Source of the DNA: Tubiluchus corallicola
Taxonomy: Eukaryota > Animalia > Priapulida
Direction: 5' to 3'
Assembly (NCBI GenBank): GCA_030141605.1
Contig: JAQGDQ010001463.1
Span: 1-39,806, forward strand
DNA: 39,806 nucleotides
The notes under the pieces were generated by a model. It saw nothing but the letters and a program-made list of their open reading frames with translations, was not told the origin of the DNA and did no database searches. The translations under genes were made by a program, and so were the position numbers. This document shows positions 1 to 13,700 of the stretch, piece after piece. Each line of letters begins with the position of its first letter. The first letter of the stretch is position 1.

Positions 1-3000
1 TCCATCCTGCTTTTTCTTTTGTAATCGAGCGCTTTCTTCAGATGCACGTGACCAGAGCTTGAATTCGGGAATTCAAAGTACGTATGATCATCCTGAAATA
101 TCAAAACAACACTTCTATAATGTAAATTTACTGTTGAACGAAGGCAGGAGTATTGTTTTGAACATTCAAACTCTAATAGAAATAAATTTTGCGTTAGCAA
201 CAAAACTGCATTGAGTTAGTATTTCAGGAGAATAAAGGAAACAAGTAAACAGTGGAAGAACGAAAAGTTCGAGAATTTATAGTGTATTGATACTATGTTG
301 TTATCAGTATTAGAAACTTGATAGAATTAATAGCAATAAAGTATTAATGTTCATTGTTCAGACGCATCTAAGTTTTACCACGCATTGCAGTCTGTGTGTT
401 TTGTGGGACCACAAGAGAAATGAAGATATAAAAAGTAAATACATTTTTCCTTGAGTTTATTGAGGCTTTACAATTTGAATAGTCTGGCCATGTTGACAGA
501 ATAGGAGAAAGGTGACATAGAACGCAGGCAACCAAGCCGAGGAGGAATCAGAATGAGGTTTCAACCAGAGAACATCTTTACCGTATGTGGAAAGAAACAG
601 GGAGAGATGGAATTTCATTTTGAACAACTACCCTGGTTATCCACACACCGTCTACCGGGTCCTTAAAGAGAATTGCATCAAAACAAAGGCTCGGTGTTTT
701 CAACCAATTAAAAGATATCAAACTACAGCCTAAAGCAAATAGTATGCAAAAGTTCCTGTTTGAAGAGCTTCTCAACGAGGCACCCAATAAAAGTTCTGAA
801 AGGTAGCCTTGAATCTCAAATGCCAATCCATTTCTGTAAATGCAGAAAAAGAGACAGCTAGAAGCAGTATAGAAGTCACACATCCAACTGCTCACCAAGA
901 CCAGCATTGCTTAACTTTGCTGTCGAGCATGAACCATGACTATTTATGTATTTGCTGGAGAACACCAAATTTCGCACAGTAAATGTTTCCTCATAATTAT
1001 TTTGTTATCATAACCAAGAATTCTGTATTTCAAATCGTAAATTAAAAACGTGTATGTGCGGGCGCTCTCACATAGACTCCACATATAAAATATTTCCCAT
1101 GTCTTCCAAATAAATAGCCCCATTAAAAAACTGTTTGTACGCAGGAGCCCATAAAGTATCCTTCTCATACTTACTGTATAGTGATTAGGAACGATGGAAT
1201 AAACAATCTCGTTGTTCTCGTATTTAAAATCGTCATCTGTTGCTTCAACAGTGAAAACACGTCTACCAGGCGGGGTTGTCTGAAACATAAAAGAATTCAA
1301 ACATCTTTCACTCTTTCGACTGCTCTCTCGCTCGCTCTCTCTCTTCCTGTCTCTCTCTCTCTCTCCCCCTCTTCACTTACCTCGTTAACTTTTATATTCA
1401 TGTTTTGGTTAAGAATCCTCGGCTTATTATTGTTTATGTCCTGTATCCTAATCCAGATAAGAATCAACGAATACTAGAATAGAGAAATATCAGAACTTAA
1501 ACGCTGTTTTCAACGAAAACAAAGTCTCACAAGTTGGAAAGAAAAATAGCTAAAAAGTATTACAGATTGAAGAAAAATTAGCTAAAAATATTAAGGTTGA
1601 AAAAAAATTAGCTACAAAATGGCGCAGATTGAAGAAAAAATAGCTAAAAATATCACAGATTGAAGAAAAATTAGCAACAAAATGGTGTAGATTGAAGAAA
1701 AATAGCTAAAAATATCACAGATTGAAGAAAAATTAGCTACAAAATACTACAGATAGAAGAAAAATTAGCTAAAAATATCACTGATTGAAGAAAAATTTGC
1801 TAAAAATATTACAGATTGAAGAAAAATTAGCTAAAAATATTACAGATTGAAGAAAAATTTGCTAAAAATATCACAGATTGAACAAAAATGAGCTAAAATA
1901 TCACAGATTGAAGAAAAATTAGCTAAAAATATCACAGATTGAACAAAAATAGGTTACAAAATGGCGCAGATTGAAGAAAAATTAGCTAAAAATATTACAG
2001 ATTGATTGGCTAAACATATCACAGATTGAAGAAAAATTAGCTAAAAATATTACAGATTGAAGAAAAATTTGCTAAAAATATCACAGATTGAAGAAAAATT
2101 AGCTAAAAATATCACAGATTGAAGAAAAATTAGCTAAAAATATCACAGATTGAAGAAAAATTAGCTAAAAATATCACAGATTGAAGAAAAATTAGCTAAA
2201 AATATTACAGATTGAAGAAAAAATAGCTAAAAATATCACAGATTGAAGAAAAATAAGCTACAAAATGGCACAGATTGAAGAAAAAATAGCTAAAAATATC
2301 ACAGATTGAAGAAAAATTAGCTACAAAATGGCACAGATTGCAGAAAAAATTAGCTAAAAATATCACAAATTGAAGAAAAATAAGATAAAAATATCACAGA
2401 TTGAAGAAAAATTAGCAAAAATATCACAGATTGAAGAAAAAATAGCTAAAAAATATTACAGATTGAAGAAAAATTAGCTAAAATATCACAGATTGAAGAA
2501 AAATTAGCTAAAAATATTACAGATTAAAGAAAAATTGGCTAAAGATATCACAGATTGAAGAAAAATTAACTAAAAATATTACAGATTGAAGAAAAATTTG
2601 CTGAAAATATCACAGATTGAAGAAAAATTAGCTAAAAATATTACAGATTAAAGAAAAAGTAGCTAAAAATGCGCAGATTGAAGAAAAAACAAAAAACCAA
2701 AAAAAATTAGTTAAAAAATGGCGCAGATTGAAGAAAAAATAGATAAAAATATCACAGATTGAAGAGAAAATAGCTAAAAATATCACAGATTGCGAAGAAA
2801 ATAGCTGTTAAATTTCACAAACATGAGCAAGTACAAAACTTTGGGGCTTTTTTGCTTTACTTACACCGAGTTTCGGATCGTAAAGCTGTTCAGGCAAAAC
2901 GTCACCACGAAAATCTCCATGAGTACATATCAGGGGAACTTTCATTTTGGTTTGCCCATTCAGCTTTTCTTCTTGAGCCAGTATCTGTGAAAAATGAAAA

Positions 3001-6000
3001 GATTAACAGTGGCCCGATGACGCGAAAATTACACAAGTCAAATGTAATGATGTTAGGTGTAATGAACTCCATTCAGATTTTCAGGACATGAAATATTAAT
3101 TTTTATCTCCGGAACAACCTCATAAAAACAAGGACGTTCTTCAAGAAACGAATCACCAGTCTTTTTGAGATACTTCTCAGTCGTCTGTGATCGTAGAGTT
3201 CTTGGATTCCTCAGGGCTGCGAATGGTGTCAATACGATAATGACATAAAAATTGTGTCATGTGCGTTTAAAGTGTTTTCCATTCACAAAAGTGCGTTCAG
3301 TAAAAGCCTAATGCATCACTTTTTCAGCAGCTGTTTTAGCTGTTTTATGTCGCTTAAAACTAAAAATTCAAAATTTGCGTTTGTGTATAATGCGGATGCG
3401 GATGCGGAGGCAATTTCCCTCTGAGGAACAGTCTGCGGAAAAAAACAAAAGCAAACACCTGTACAAAAAGAATAACGCGTGCTGCATAAACGGGTTCATT
3501 GAAAACAGTATAAAACTGTTTTATCTATTCCGTACCCTCCCCCTAGCGCATACGCATCCGGATCTACATAAACGCCACTTAACGCATACCCAATCCGGAT
3601 CTACATAAACGCCACTTAATTCATACCTGTCCGGATGCTACATAAACGCCACTTAATTCATACGCATTCCGGATGCTACATAAACGCCACTTAATTCATA
3701 CGCATTCCGGATGCTACATAAACGCCACTTAATTCATACGCATTCCGGATGCTACATACACGCAACGTAAATGCTCTTTTTGGTCGAGACTCGTCCAAAT
3801 CGCTAATCATCTGTATGTTGTTCTTTTTGTTCTTGTGCTCGTTGGCGATGACTTTTTTGAAAAAAAGTCAAAGGATCCATGAATTTGCCATGGAGACACC
3901 ATGAAATTTCACAGAACATACTACGACCAATTCCACATCGGTTGACGGAGTCGGATTTTACATCCGCCATTTTGAATTAAAGATGGCGCTAATTGTCCTG
4001 AAACTTTATAGAAATACATCACAACGAATTTCGCATAGTCGGATTTTCGATCCGCTATTTTGAGCTCAAGATGTGGGCAATAATACCATTTTGATAAAAT
4101 CCTAAGGCTTCGCCAATTCGCAGTCCATCGTCATGACACTTTTTGGAAATACACTAGAAGAAATTCCGCATTGATTTCATGAAGCCAGATTTCCCATTTG
4201 CCATTTCCATTTTCGAAAAAAGTCTAAAGCTCCACCAGTTCGCAACGGATAGTTATCAAACTCTGCAGGAATACACTAGAAAGAATTATGCATCTACTGA
4301 CAGTGTCGGATTTTTGATTTACCATGTTAAATTCAATGCGAACAAATGTTCAAATTTGGCTGTAAATTGACTTTTGTAGTATAATTCTTCACAAGCATGG
4401 GCTATGTAGTAATTTACAAAAAGTATCTTTGTCGGGAAATCCAAAGTATAAGTGCCTATAATGTAGCAAATCCAGTCAAAATGCTGAGACAAAATCCAAT
4501 TATCTATTTTGCTCACAAATTGACTGTTTATCAACAACATCATACCAATCAGGTTCACATTATTATTACACATCACATTATTACAAAGATAGACAAGAAA
4601 TACACCTGCACTGTCGTACTCACCCATTTTGCTAAATCTTCTTTAAACTCCAGATAATGTTGCCCAGAAGTTTCTCTAATCTTAAACCAGTCTGAATCAT
4701 CTCCGCGCTCCCCGTACAATTTATTGTTGTGGTAGAACTTCAGAGATGGCGCTGTATGACGGCTCAAAGAAGAACCAATATCAAGCTTGATTGCATAACC
4801 TACAAGTTAAAAGTAGGATGTGAGTGCTCAACCGAGATGTAGACCCATACCTGGCATGGAGACCCATACTAGAGATGCAGACCCATACCGTGACATAATG
4901 TCACTACAGACAAAAAAATGTTTGGACACTTTTTTACCTTGTTACGTTGACGTTTCGAGTTTTTGAACCAATGACAATGGATTTCCAGATCTGCTTAACA
5001 GTTATCCATTTGGCTAAGTTTGCTGACAATAGGTTCATCCGTTTTTATTTTATTGTGCGGACAGGCAAGTTCGACTAATCGACCCGACTATAGTCGACAG
5101 TGTCAATAATTAGAATTCATAAACCTACAATAATCAGCCAGATACAATCTTCTTCAGCAGTTAGTAATCTACGTAGAAGTCCCGGTTATTTTCGTTAAGC
5201 ATGCGTGGTACATCTTCGTGCACCCAGCACCTTGCATTATCTTATGAAGTACACTCTCGCACGTCACTCCACGTACAAGTACACTCTCGCACGTCACTCC
5301 ACGTACAAGTACACTCTCGCACGTCACTCCACGTACAAGTACACTCTCGCATGTCACTCCACGTACAAGTACACTCTCGAACGTCACTCCACGTACAGTT
5401 ACACTCTCGCACGTCACTCCACGTACGAGTACACTCTCGCACGTCACTCCACGTACGAGTACACTCTCGCACATCACTTCACGTACAAGTACACTCTCGC
5501 ACGTCACTCCATGTACAAGTACAATCTCACACGTCACTCCACGTACAAGTACACTCTCGTACGTCACTCCACGTACAAGTACACTCTCGCACGTCACTCC
5601 ACGTACGAGTACACTCTCGCACGTCACTCCATGTACAAGTACAATCTCACACGTCACTCCACGTACAAGTACACTCTCGTACGTCACTCCACGTACAAGT
5701 ACAATCTCACACGTCACTCCACGTACAAGTACACTCTCGCACGTCACTCCATGTACAAGTACACTCTCGCACGTCACTCCACGTACAAGTACACTCTCGC
5801 ACGTCACTCCACGTACAAGTACACTCTCGCACGTCACTCCACGTACAAGTACACTCTCGCACGTCACTCCACGTACAAGTACACGCTCGCACGTCACTCC
5901 ACGTACAAGTACACTCTCGCACGTCACTCCACGTGCAAGTACACTCTCGCACGTCACTCCACGTACAAGTACACTCTCGCACGTCACTCCACGTACAAAT

Positions 6001-6150
6001 ACACTCTCGCACGTCACTCCACGTACAATACTATCAAATACAATAAATAAACCAGAAAAAATTATTACCTTTTTTGACGTTTTCATACACAGTGAGCCAC
6101 ATCTCATAAATGCCAGCAGGATCGCAGCCTCCTAAAAAAGTCATGTCATC
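1..6150 (-). CDS. Cadherin-repeat protein, partial; exons 6150-6069, 4799-4624, 2984-2865, 1473-1381, 1279-1175, 92-<1
   Basis: All six exons have AG/GT boundaries and matching phases (1,0,0,0,0). They splice into one open frame with cadherin EC motifs: YEMWLTVYENVKKG, IRIQDINNNKPRI..IKVNE|TTPPGRRVFTVEATDDD..EIVYSI, YFEFPNSSSGHVHLKKALDYK. The first (signal peptide) exon is unresolved; a candidate MLQDFTGTWLNVRAVLLFII lies near 7390-7450. Confidence 0.85.
1536..2805. repeat. Minisatellite, ~31-bp AT-rich unit (cagattgaagaaaaattagctaaaaatatca), ~40 copies, intronic
   Basis: Direct tandem repetition with small indels; it fills most of the cadherin intron 1474-2864. Confidence 0.95.
3549..3766. 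repeat. Minisatellite, 36-38-bp unit (gctacataaacgccacttaattcatacgcattccggat), 5-6 copies
   Basis: Direct tandem repetition seen in the sequence. Confidence 0.9.
5247..6028. repeat. Minisatellite, 30-bp unit (acactctcgcacgtcactccacgtacaagt), 26 copies, intronic
   Basis: Near-perfect head-to-tail units with no spacers, inside cadherin intron 4800-6068. Confidence 0.97.
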
Positions 6151-6214
6151 CTGAAGCAATGAAGATGTAAGTGATTGATCTTACTGACAGTATAAAGTAC
6201 TTTATGCGTTTGCT

Positions 6215-6470
6215 TAGTTAACGAAGAGTGCGCTATGAATGCTCTAATTATTTTCAAGCTTCACGCAATATTATCTAAACTTGTTTCAAACAACTTACCA
6301 TTAAAATGACTGCGTCTAGCCAAATCGCGGCATACAAATTTTACTGAGCGTTACTACTACCGCAAGCTCTGCATGCAATAAGACAGAAGGCAAGTGGTAT
6401 AGAAATCCAAGACTAGTCTTTAAGCTTTATTTATGAAGAGCGCTTTCTTGCCCTTTAAACGTAATTTTGA
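6215..6470. repeat. Diverged dispersed repeat, copy 1
   Basis: Shares gaatgctct..att..tttcaa...tctaaacttgtttcaaa and downstream blocks with ~8030-8290. Confidence 0.55.
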
Positions 6471-6712
6471 TCAATTGTGTGTATTAAGTAGAAGTCAATT
6501 AATGATTGTAGATTTTTAAGTAGATTTAGTATAGACATTATTGACTATTGCTTTCAACTAAGTGCTCCAACTGTTTGTACACAAAAATTTATTTATATGT
6601 ATTTTGTACAGTGGTAACAGTACAGAATGTGTACGTTAATTGCAATAAAGATTATGAATATTATTATTATATTCTCAATATAATAATACGGCACCAGTAA
6701 AAATAATTTCGT

Positions 6713-7061
6713 TGTATAGTGGATGGTGCGTTGTATTAGTTGTGTGTAGCTTATTGATGCTTTACGAAGAGTCTGATTATAAAACGACACGTTTATTAAA
6801 CATCAACACAATAAATATAATAGATAGCAATGCCAAAAGCCCCAGATCTAACGGCCCTCCGGCTCCGGCTCCCAGACTCAATCTGTGACTAATTCCTCGA
6901 GCTGGAGACCTCGCACGCTTTATATATCGTGCGCGGTACCCCGGCACCTCAATTTCTGAATCACGTACTCACGTGACACCACTCCTTAACTGGCTTCATC
7001 ATACCAGCATCTATCAACATAATTATTTAACATAATCTAACAGGTTCTCTTTACTGTACCA
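6713..7061 (-). mobile_element. Possible solo LTR
   Basis: TG...CA ends are possible. On the minus strand TATATAAA (~6918-6926) is followed by AATAAA (~6792-6797), the U3-R-U5 order. No TSD found. Confidence 0.3.
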
Positions 7062-8029
7062 CCTGTTAATTAGCTAGGCAGCCGGTGGACTATGATGAGT
7101 TACAAATTACTTCTTAACTTTATCTTATTCCGAAACAATATAGGCCAACCACCTCTTAAATTTCATAGAGTTCATTCTATAGTTATATCTTACTTTGCTT
7201 ATTACTTTAATTATTAATCAGTTGTCCGAAATGTTTTCATACGTACATTAAATTCAAGATACAAACCGGGTGAGTCATTTTCCTTGAACGGAATGATCTT
7301 CGTTCAGATTCCAATTATTCATTAATTGATTTCAATTTTATTTTCCTAATGAACGACTTAACATTCTAAAATGAATTCATAACATTACGATTATAAACAG
7401 CAGCACTGCACGCACGTTCAGCCAGGTGCCTGTGAAATCCTGTAGCATAAAAACCCGGTTGATCCTGTTAACCTGTTAACTGAAAACACATGAAAACCTG
7501 AAAAAACTGATTTCTTCACTTCCTGTTCAAACGTGGCATCTCTTTTTTACAAATCTACATTCAGATGGTGAAACTATCACTTACCGTTTTTAATTCTGTC
7601 ATATTTGGGAAATTTCCCTTCCACTCCAAGCAGATCATGGTCTCCTACTCTTTGGTAGCTGAGAGTAATACGTGTAATCAGTGAAGCCAGAAACAATCTG
7701 GCTTCCATCCGGCCCATGGCTTACTTTATTTCTCATTCAGTTGTCACATGAACTATCAGCTTCTCAAAACTCGCTCAACAGCATTTGCTCCTATGCTGTG
7801 TGAACTAGTGGACGAATTTTAAAAAATTAATTGCGTTTTTAGTTTTCAATGTGCCTGTGTTTGTTTCTAAGTATAGCGTTGCTATGGTTACACTTGTATC
7901 TGTGAAGCTTTGTTTTGTTTTTTTAAAGGACAAGAAAAGAGGTGCCTGACCTAGGCCAGGGTGCACCACTCACTAACCAAAAACGTATTTTTAATCTTAT
8001 TGAGAAGATACAGTAATTTCAAATTTTAT

Positions 8030-8290
8030 TTTGTTAGTAACGTGTGCGATACGAATGCTCTGATTACTTTTTCAAAGTTTACACAATGTTTTCTAAACTT
8101 GTTTCAAATGACCTATTATCAGAATGGCTGAGGTCATCACGGGAGTTTAAATTTACAAGTTTTATACAGCGTGACTGCCGATTGAAGTGCTGTATGTAAA
8201 AAGGCAGTATGTAAGCGATATAAAATTTCAAAACGAATTTTTCAAACTTTTATGTAAGTTGAGGGTTTTCTTGTGGTTTAAAGGTATTGT
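8030..8290. repeat. Diverged dispersed repeat, copy 2
   Basis: Aligns by eye to ~6215-6470. Confidence 0.55.
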
Positions 8291-9636
8291 GAGTACAATT
8301 AACTAGACTAGTTTTACATTTTTAGAAATCGTTCTCTTTTCATATCATCCAAACCAGACTATGCGAGGAAAATAAGAAACGATAAATAGAGTCACAAACA
8401 TTAAACTGCTGAAGGCTTTTTTAGATTGTTTGTGCTTCGTTTTCAGCCTGATTAAACAATTTTGTTATCCTTGATCAGACACGCGGATCTGTACTGAAGT
8501 TGACTGAAAGGCGTTTGTTAAACTTTATACAATTCATTTTCATTTTAGCCTGTCAACCCAGAGGCAGGTCAATCTCACTTTCACGTACTACATATAAGTA
8601 CGTATTATACTTCCTATTTACATACCAGGTTTATAAGTTAATGATATTCTTTTACTGGGCTTCACTATATCCATTGTACCTGTATATGATCTGTGAGTTT
8701 TGGCTTCCCTGTAAGCAAACAGTGAATAATGTCAATTCTATGTTATTTTTAAACTCAATCATTTTTAAAATGGAATGTCATTATTGTGTTGCTGGAAAGT
8801 GTTTGCCTTATATCATTCACATGTAACTAAAAAACACAACAAAAACACATGATATACATACTAACACTAAATTACCGTTTGTGTTCATTTATTTCAGAGC
8901 TGCTGGAAACTTGACATATAATCAGCATGACCAGACTTATTTCAATCAGTACCTATCACAGGAGTGTACATTTAAAGGCATATTTGCCTCAGTTAGTTCA
9001 ATGAAATTATAGTAGGTAGCAGCACAGGTATGCAAACATTGCATCTGTCGGCTGGTACATGGTAACACGACACCACCTATTGCCAATTAAGAGGAAACTT
9101 ACTAGCCCAATGCTCCTTTAATATACATGTAGTAAACCCAAACAATTTATATAAAGTGCAAATATTCATAAAACAAGTAACAAACTTGCCTGCAGCAAAA
9201 AAATGTAACATCAGGAACATACATAAAACATTTCACAATGAATTTTTAATATCACAAAGCTAAATAATGAAAATAACCAGAAATTATTTATTACAATGTT
9301 TTTAACGCCAATATCACATTGATGATCAGCGTTACCTACGAAAATAATAATCAATTAACCGTTATTTTAATACATGATATGCATAAAACATAATTCAATT
9401 TCACAATAACAGAATCGGCAATTACTAAAGCCATATTGCTACTACATAGCTGACAATTTAAGTGAGTAGTAACTAAAGACATTCAGTTCAACTCGCATAA
9501 AAATATTGTGTACTGGTAGCATATAATTTTCCTAAAAGATACAAATAGACACGTTTATATATATTTCCAAATTTGAATAATACATTGGCCTTTATCATAC
9601 ACAAACAATACAGATAAACTTTTTTTAAATTTAATA

Positions 9637-9902
9637 CAGTCAAACCTCATTATAATGCCTCCCCCCTTATAATGCCAACCTCCCCATTTTTTCTCGAAAC
9701 AAAATGTCTATATTTGCACAAACGTAGGAATTAATGCACCTCATTATAATGCCAACCTCGCTTAATGCCCGCATTTTCTGGAAAACAAAATGTCTATTTT
9801 CATAGACTTGTATGTATTAGTGCACCTTGTTTTACTGGCAAACTCGCTTAATGGCAACTTTTTCTGGAGTCCTATAGCGGGTGGTATAAGGAGGTTTGAC
9901 TG
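9637..9902. mobile_element. Tc1/mariner-pogo-type MITE (266 bp)
   Basis: TIRs CAGTCAAACCTC...GAGGTTTGACTG; TA on the left flank (right flank reads AA); internal ttataatgcc subrepeats. Confidence 0.85.
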
Positions 9903-10730
9903 AACCTTAAAAAACTATTCTATCCAACTTCTAGCTATACTATTATGTAAACTAAATTCAACTTATTAATATTAAAATGAGTTCTCAAAAAAAGGTTTAT
10001 ATGTAGTTATGTGCAGCACCTCTAGAAACAAAGTCAACACAAGTACTCAATACATAAACCGTGTTACTCTTAATGACAATGTTTCTTACGAATGAAGTCA
10101 TAAACATCAAAAGAGTCACCTGGACAGACTAAGCAGGCATTTATTTGTACTTTGTACTTGAAGGCACGTATAATTAACTTCATGATCACAGGACCGATTT
10201 TCTTATAATTCTACCAACATGAGAAAGTGTGACCTGTCAAATAGAATAAAATAGGGTACAAAAGCAAAGTAAATACAATTCAATCGGTATTTCCTTTAGT
10301 ATAAGAACTCTGGGTGTTAAATAACTGGAGTTCAGTTTATTACGATTGAAATTTGTAAGAACAGTTCACAAGTAAATTACACCCAAAACTTAAAACAAAT
10401 TAATTTTAACCCATAATTACTGAAGTTTTGAAACGACTTGACAGAAAAAAAAAACACAAAAGGCATTACGGTGTTTAGATTTGAATGAGGGGCATTGGAT
10501 CACAGTTTAAGGAATTACATTACTGATCAAAATTAATTGGAATAGCAGCTCAAATGCATCTCATTTTGAAGTGGAGTCTCGCTCGAGAATTTAAATTTTT
10601 TGAACATATATGAAAGTATCTCTTAAAAATAGTAGTTAAATTTAACAACGTTGACTAAACACTAAACTATTAATAATCCCTGAGAATATCTACGTTTATC
10701 AATTCACCCGTTTGTCTGCTACTACAGAAA

Positions 10731-13700
10731 TTAACGCAGAGTTACCAACTCTTCTGCAGATGTGGGATGAATCGCTACCGTCTGGTCGAAGTCCTTTTTT
10801 GTAGCGCCCATCTTAATAGCCACCGCGAAACCTTGGAGAATCTCATCGCATCCCAATCCGATCATGTGCAGACCGACGACCTTCTCCTCCGGACCGGCAC
10901 AGACTAACTTCATGGTACATTTTACTTTACGCGTAGTGACAGCGTGATACAGAGGCAAAAACGTCGACTTGTAAACCTTTACGGCACCTTCTCCGTACTT
11001 TTCTGATGCTTCTCTCTCCGTTATACCGATGGTACCGATGGGTGGATGGCTGAAAACCACGGTGGCAATGTTGGAATAATCGAGCTTTGCGTTGGGCTGG
11101 TTGTCGAAAAGGCGACAAGCTAACTGTCGGCCGGCTGCTATGGCAACAGGTGTCAACAGTGCTTTTCCGCACACGTCTCCGAGAGCGTATATGTTTTTAA
11201 CGGAGGTGTTCTGGTATTCATCGACTTTGATGTGTCCTTTGTTATCCAATTGAATGCCTAACTTCTCCAAACCTACAGAACAAAAATCAATAATCAAATC
11301 AACAATTAAATCCTTGAGTAAAATTTAAAAATTAAATTAAATTAATGAGCACCATACAAGATTATTCCTCAATTTCTTAATCACTACTATATTTTAGATG
11401 CCCACAGTTTCACTAAGCAGCCTAAGACACTGTTTCAATAGCACTGTGCTAGATAATTTGTTCTTTACATCTTCTTAAGAGATGGCGCTGTAATCACTTC
11501 ATAAATTTCACAGTGGGGCGAACAAGCCTCTGGTATAGCAATGTCATGTCGTGCCATATTTTACAAAAGTGATCTTGTTCAGTGTTTAATGCTCATGTTC
11601 TTGCCTAAAATTGTTTGCTGTAGACAATTAAGTATGCATTATTTTATCTGTATTAAATTGACTTGCTTTTTAACTGCCAAATACTGCTGCACTGTGCTAC
11701 CAGCTGTCTCTGAATAAACGCAATAAACAATACTCTAAAGGCAAACACCCATTGCAAACGATTATTTTTAAAGTGAAATAGGAGAAAAGACATTTAAGAA
11801 AAATGTCTCAGGATGATAAAGATGTCTTAAATCATCAAGCTTGACAAAAGAATTAACAGTGAGAAAATCACAAATGTATACCCAGTTTGGAATGAGGGAC
11901 ACGACCTATGGCCCATAGCAGACAGTCGACATCTGACACTGTTCCTGTAGTGGTTTTCATTGTCAGTCGTCCGTCAGCTTGTTTTTCTACTGACTGAGTC
12001 TGGGTACGGCGGAGAACAGTTACGCCAATGTTTTCCAACTCCTCGGTTACGTTGGTGCTAATCATATCATCAAATGTTCGAAGAACCTTGTCATATCTGA
12101 ACAATCAATAAAGTTTTTATAAAATATAGCTCTTTATCGGCTTCACTAATAACATCAAATGTACATTTTTAGATACAAATTTTTATAGCAGTACAACAAA
12201 CAAACAAACAAGGTAATCAATGTTACAAAAATTATTTGTTTCAACATAAATGAAATCAGAGCATTCCTGAAAGAAAATAGAATTGTGCATCACATATTCT
12301 CTTGTGGAAAATCCAACCTGGCAAGTAGTACTACGCCCGAATTTTGGCTGATATCTCGGTCTGTTGCATTAGCTTATTTTATAGCAAAACGCTGCCAAAC
12401 TCTTTCTCCGTCGATTCACATATGCAAAGACATTGACATTTTTTATTCACTTCCTCATTTACACCAGAATACAGGATAGACTATATATTAGAACAATTAA
12501 TTAAGAACCAGGACTGAGCATCAAACTTTCGAATTTGAATTCGAACCTAAAATTATAGATTCGAATAATTCAGTGCTTGAACCACATACATTGTTTTTCA
12601 TTAAAACGTTTTAACGTCTATGATTAGCACGTTTTGGCTGCGATATCTGTGCATAATTTTTAACCATAGTAGTAGGGCAGAGCATCTGTACCAGAAAGCG
12701 AATTCGAATTTGTGACTTTGGAATTCGAATGGAACCAAATTTCAGTATTTTGGATTCGAATCGAATTCAAAACTCTGTCTGAAAGATTTTCGAACAAGTT
12801 TTCGAACCACCAGTAAGAAATGGTCATATAGAAATTATGTGTAATTACCAAAAATATGCATGAAGTATTGATAGTTCATGAGAAAGGGTAGCGAAGGTCA
12901 TCAGGTCATCTATAATACTGTATTATTATTATTATTATATTAAAAAACGTTTAAAGGGTTTAAATCTTAATGATCGTTTGTCTTTTAACAGGCACCAGTA
13001 AGTAGCGTTGGCTCTTTGTGCTTTATCTGAAATTTTTTAACTAGCCATTTTATCTGTAAAATTTATATCTATGCTGTATATATGTTTTATCCTGGTTTCA
13101 TATTTTATACTTTATTGTAAATGTTTTATATATTTTTTTAATAAAGGTTACGTATTAAATAAATAAACAATACTGAATATCCCTGATTAGACTGTTGCAT
13201 CAAAACTTTAATTGGCACTTCAAGTTCTCAAAGATAAAATCTGCTTGTAATTTTGCAATATGAAGAATCATGCTTTAACTCTTTTTTCGCTTATGGTAGC
13301 TTAGATACACACTTTCCCCGGCTGCTTAATTTATACAGTAAACTCTGCATAACTCAAATCCAACCGGACGTTAGGCGAGGTTGACCATTGTGCAGCACAG
13401 AAACTCTAAATCCCTCCTCCAGAAAGCGAGCTAAATAGAAGGCAGAAAGTCAACCCTTCCACACATAAATGACGACATTTGGTGACAATTACATCAAGAA
13501 TAACAAATAAATTAATAACAAGAATAACATGATGATTTTTTTATGTTACAAAAGGACATGTACCAAAAACTGTTGAACAATATGACAGTGGAGCTACCAA
13601 TGTCTTACGTACTGCAGTTCAGTTCGTGCGTAGTTCAATTAATGCGGAAAAGTCAATCCCGGAGAAAATAATCGAGGGGAGTGACTTGTGAGATATCAGA

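Noticed and set aside
520-940. Coding-looking stretch in the last visible cadherin intron
   Set aside because: Broken by stops and frameshifts, with no motif I can recognise; possibly a decayed TE.
5169-6107. Long ORFs on both strands (312, 281 and 281 aa)
   Set aside because: They are artefacts of a stop-free 30-bp repeat inside a cadherin intron; the 312-aa ORF starts out of frame within real exon 6150-6069.
10731-11297. Thioredoxin reductase or a selenoprotein
   Set aside because: The protein ends ...EELVTLR-TAA with no GC-U-G extension, and the motifs fit glutathione reductase.
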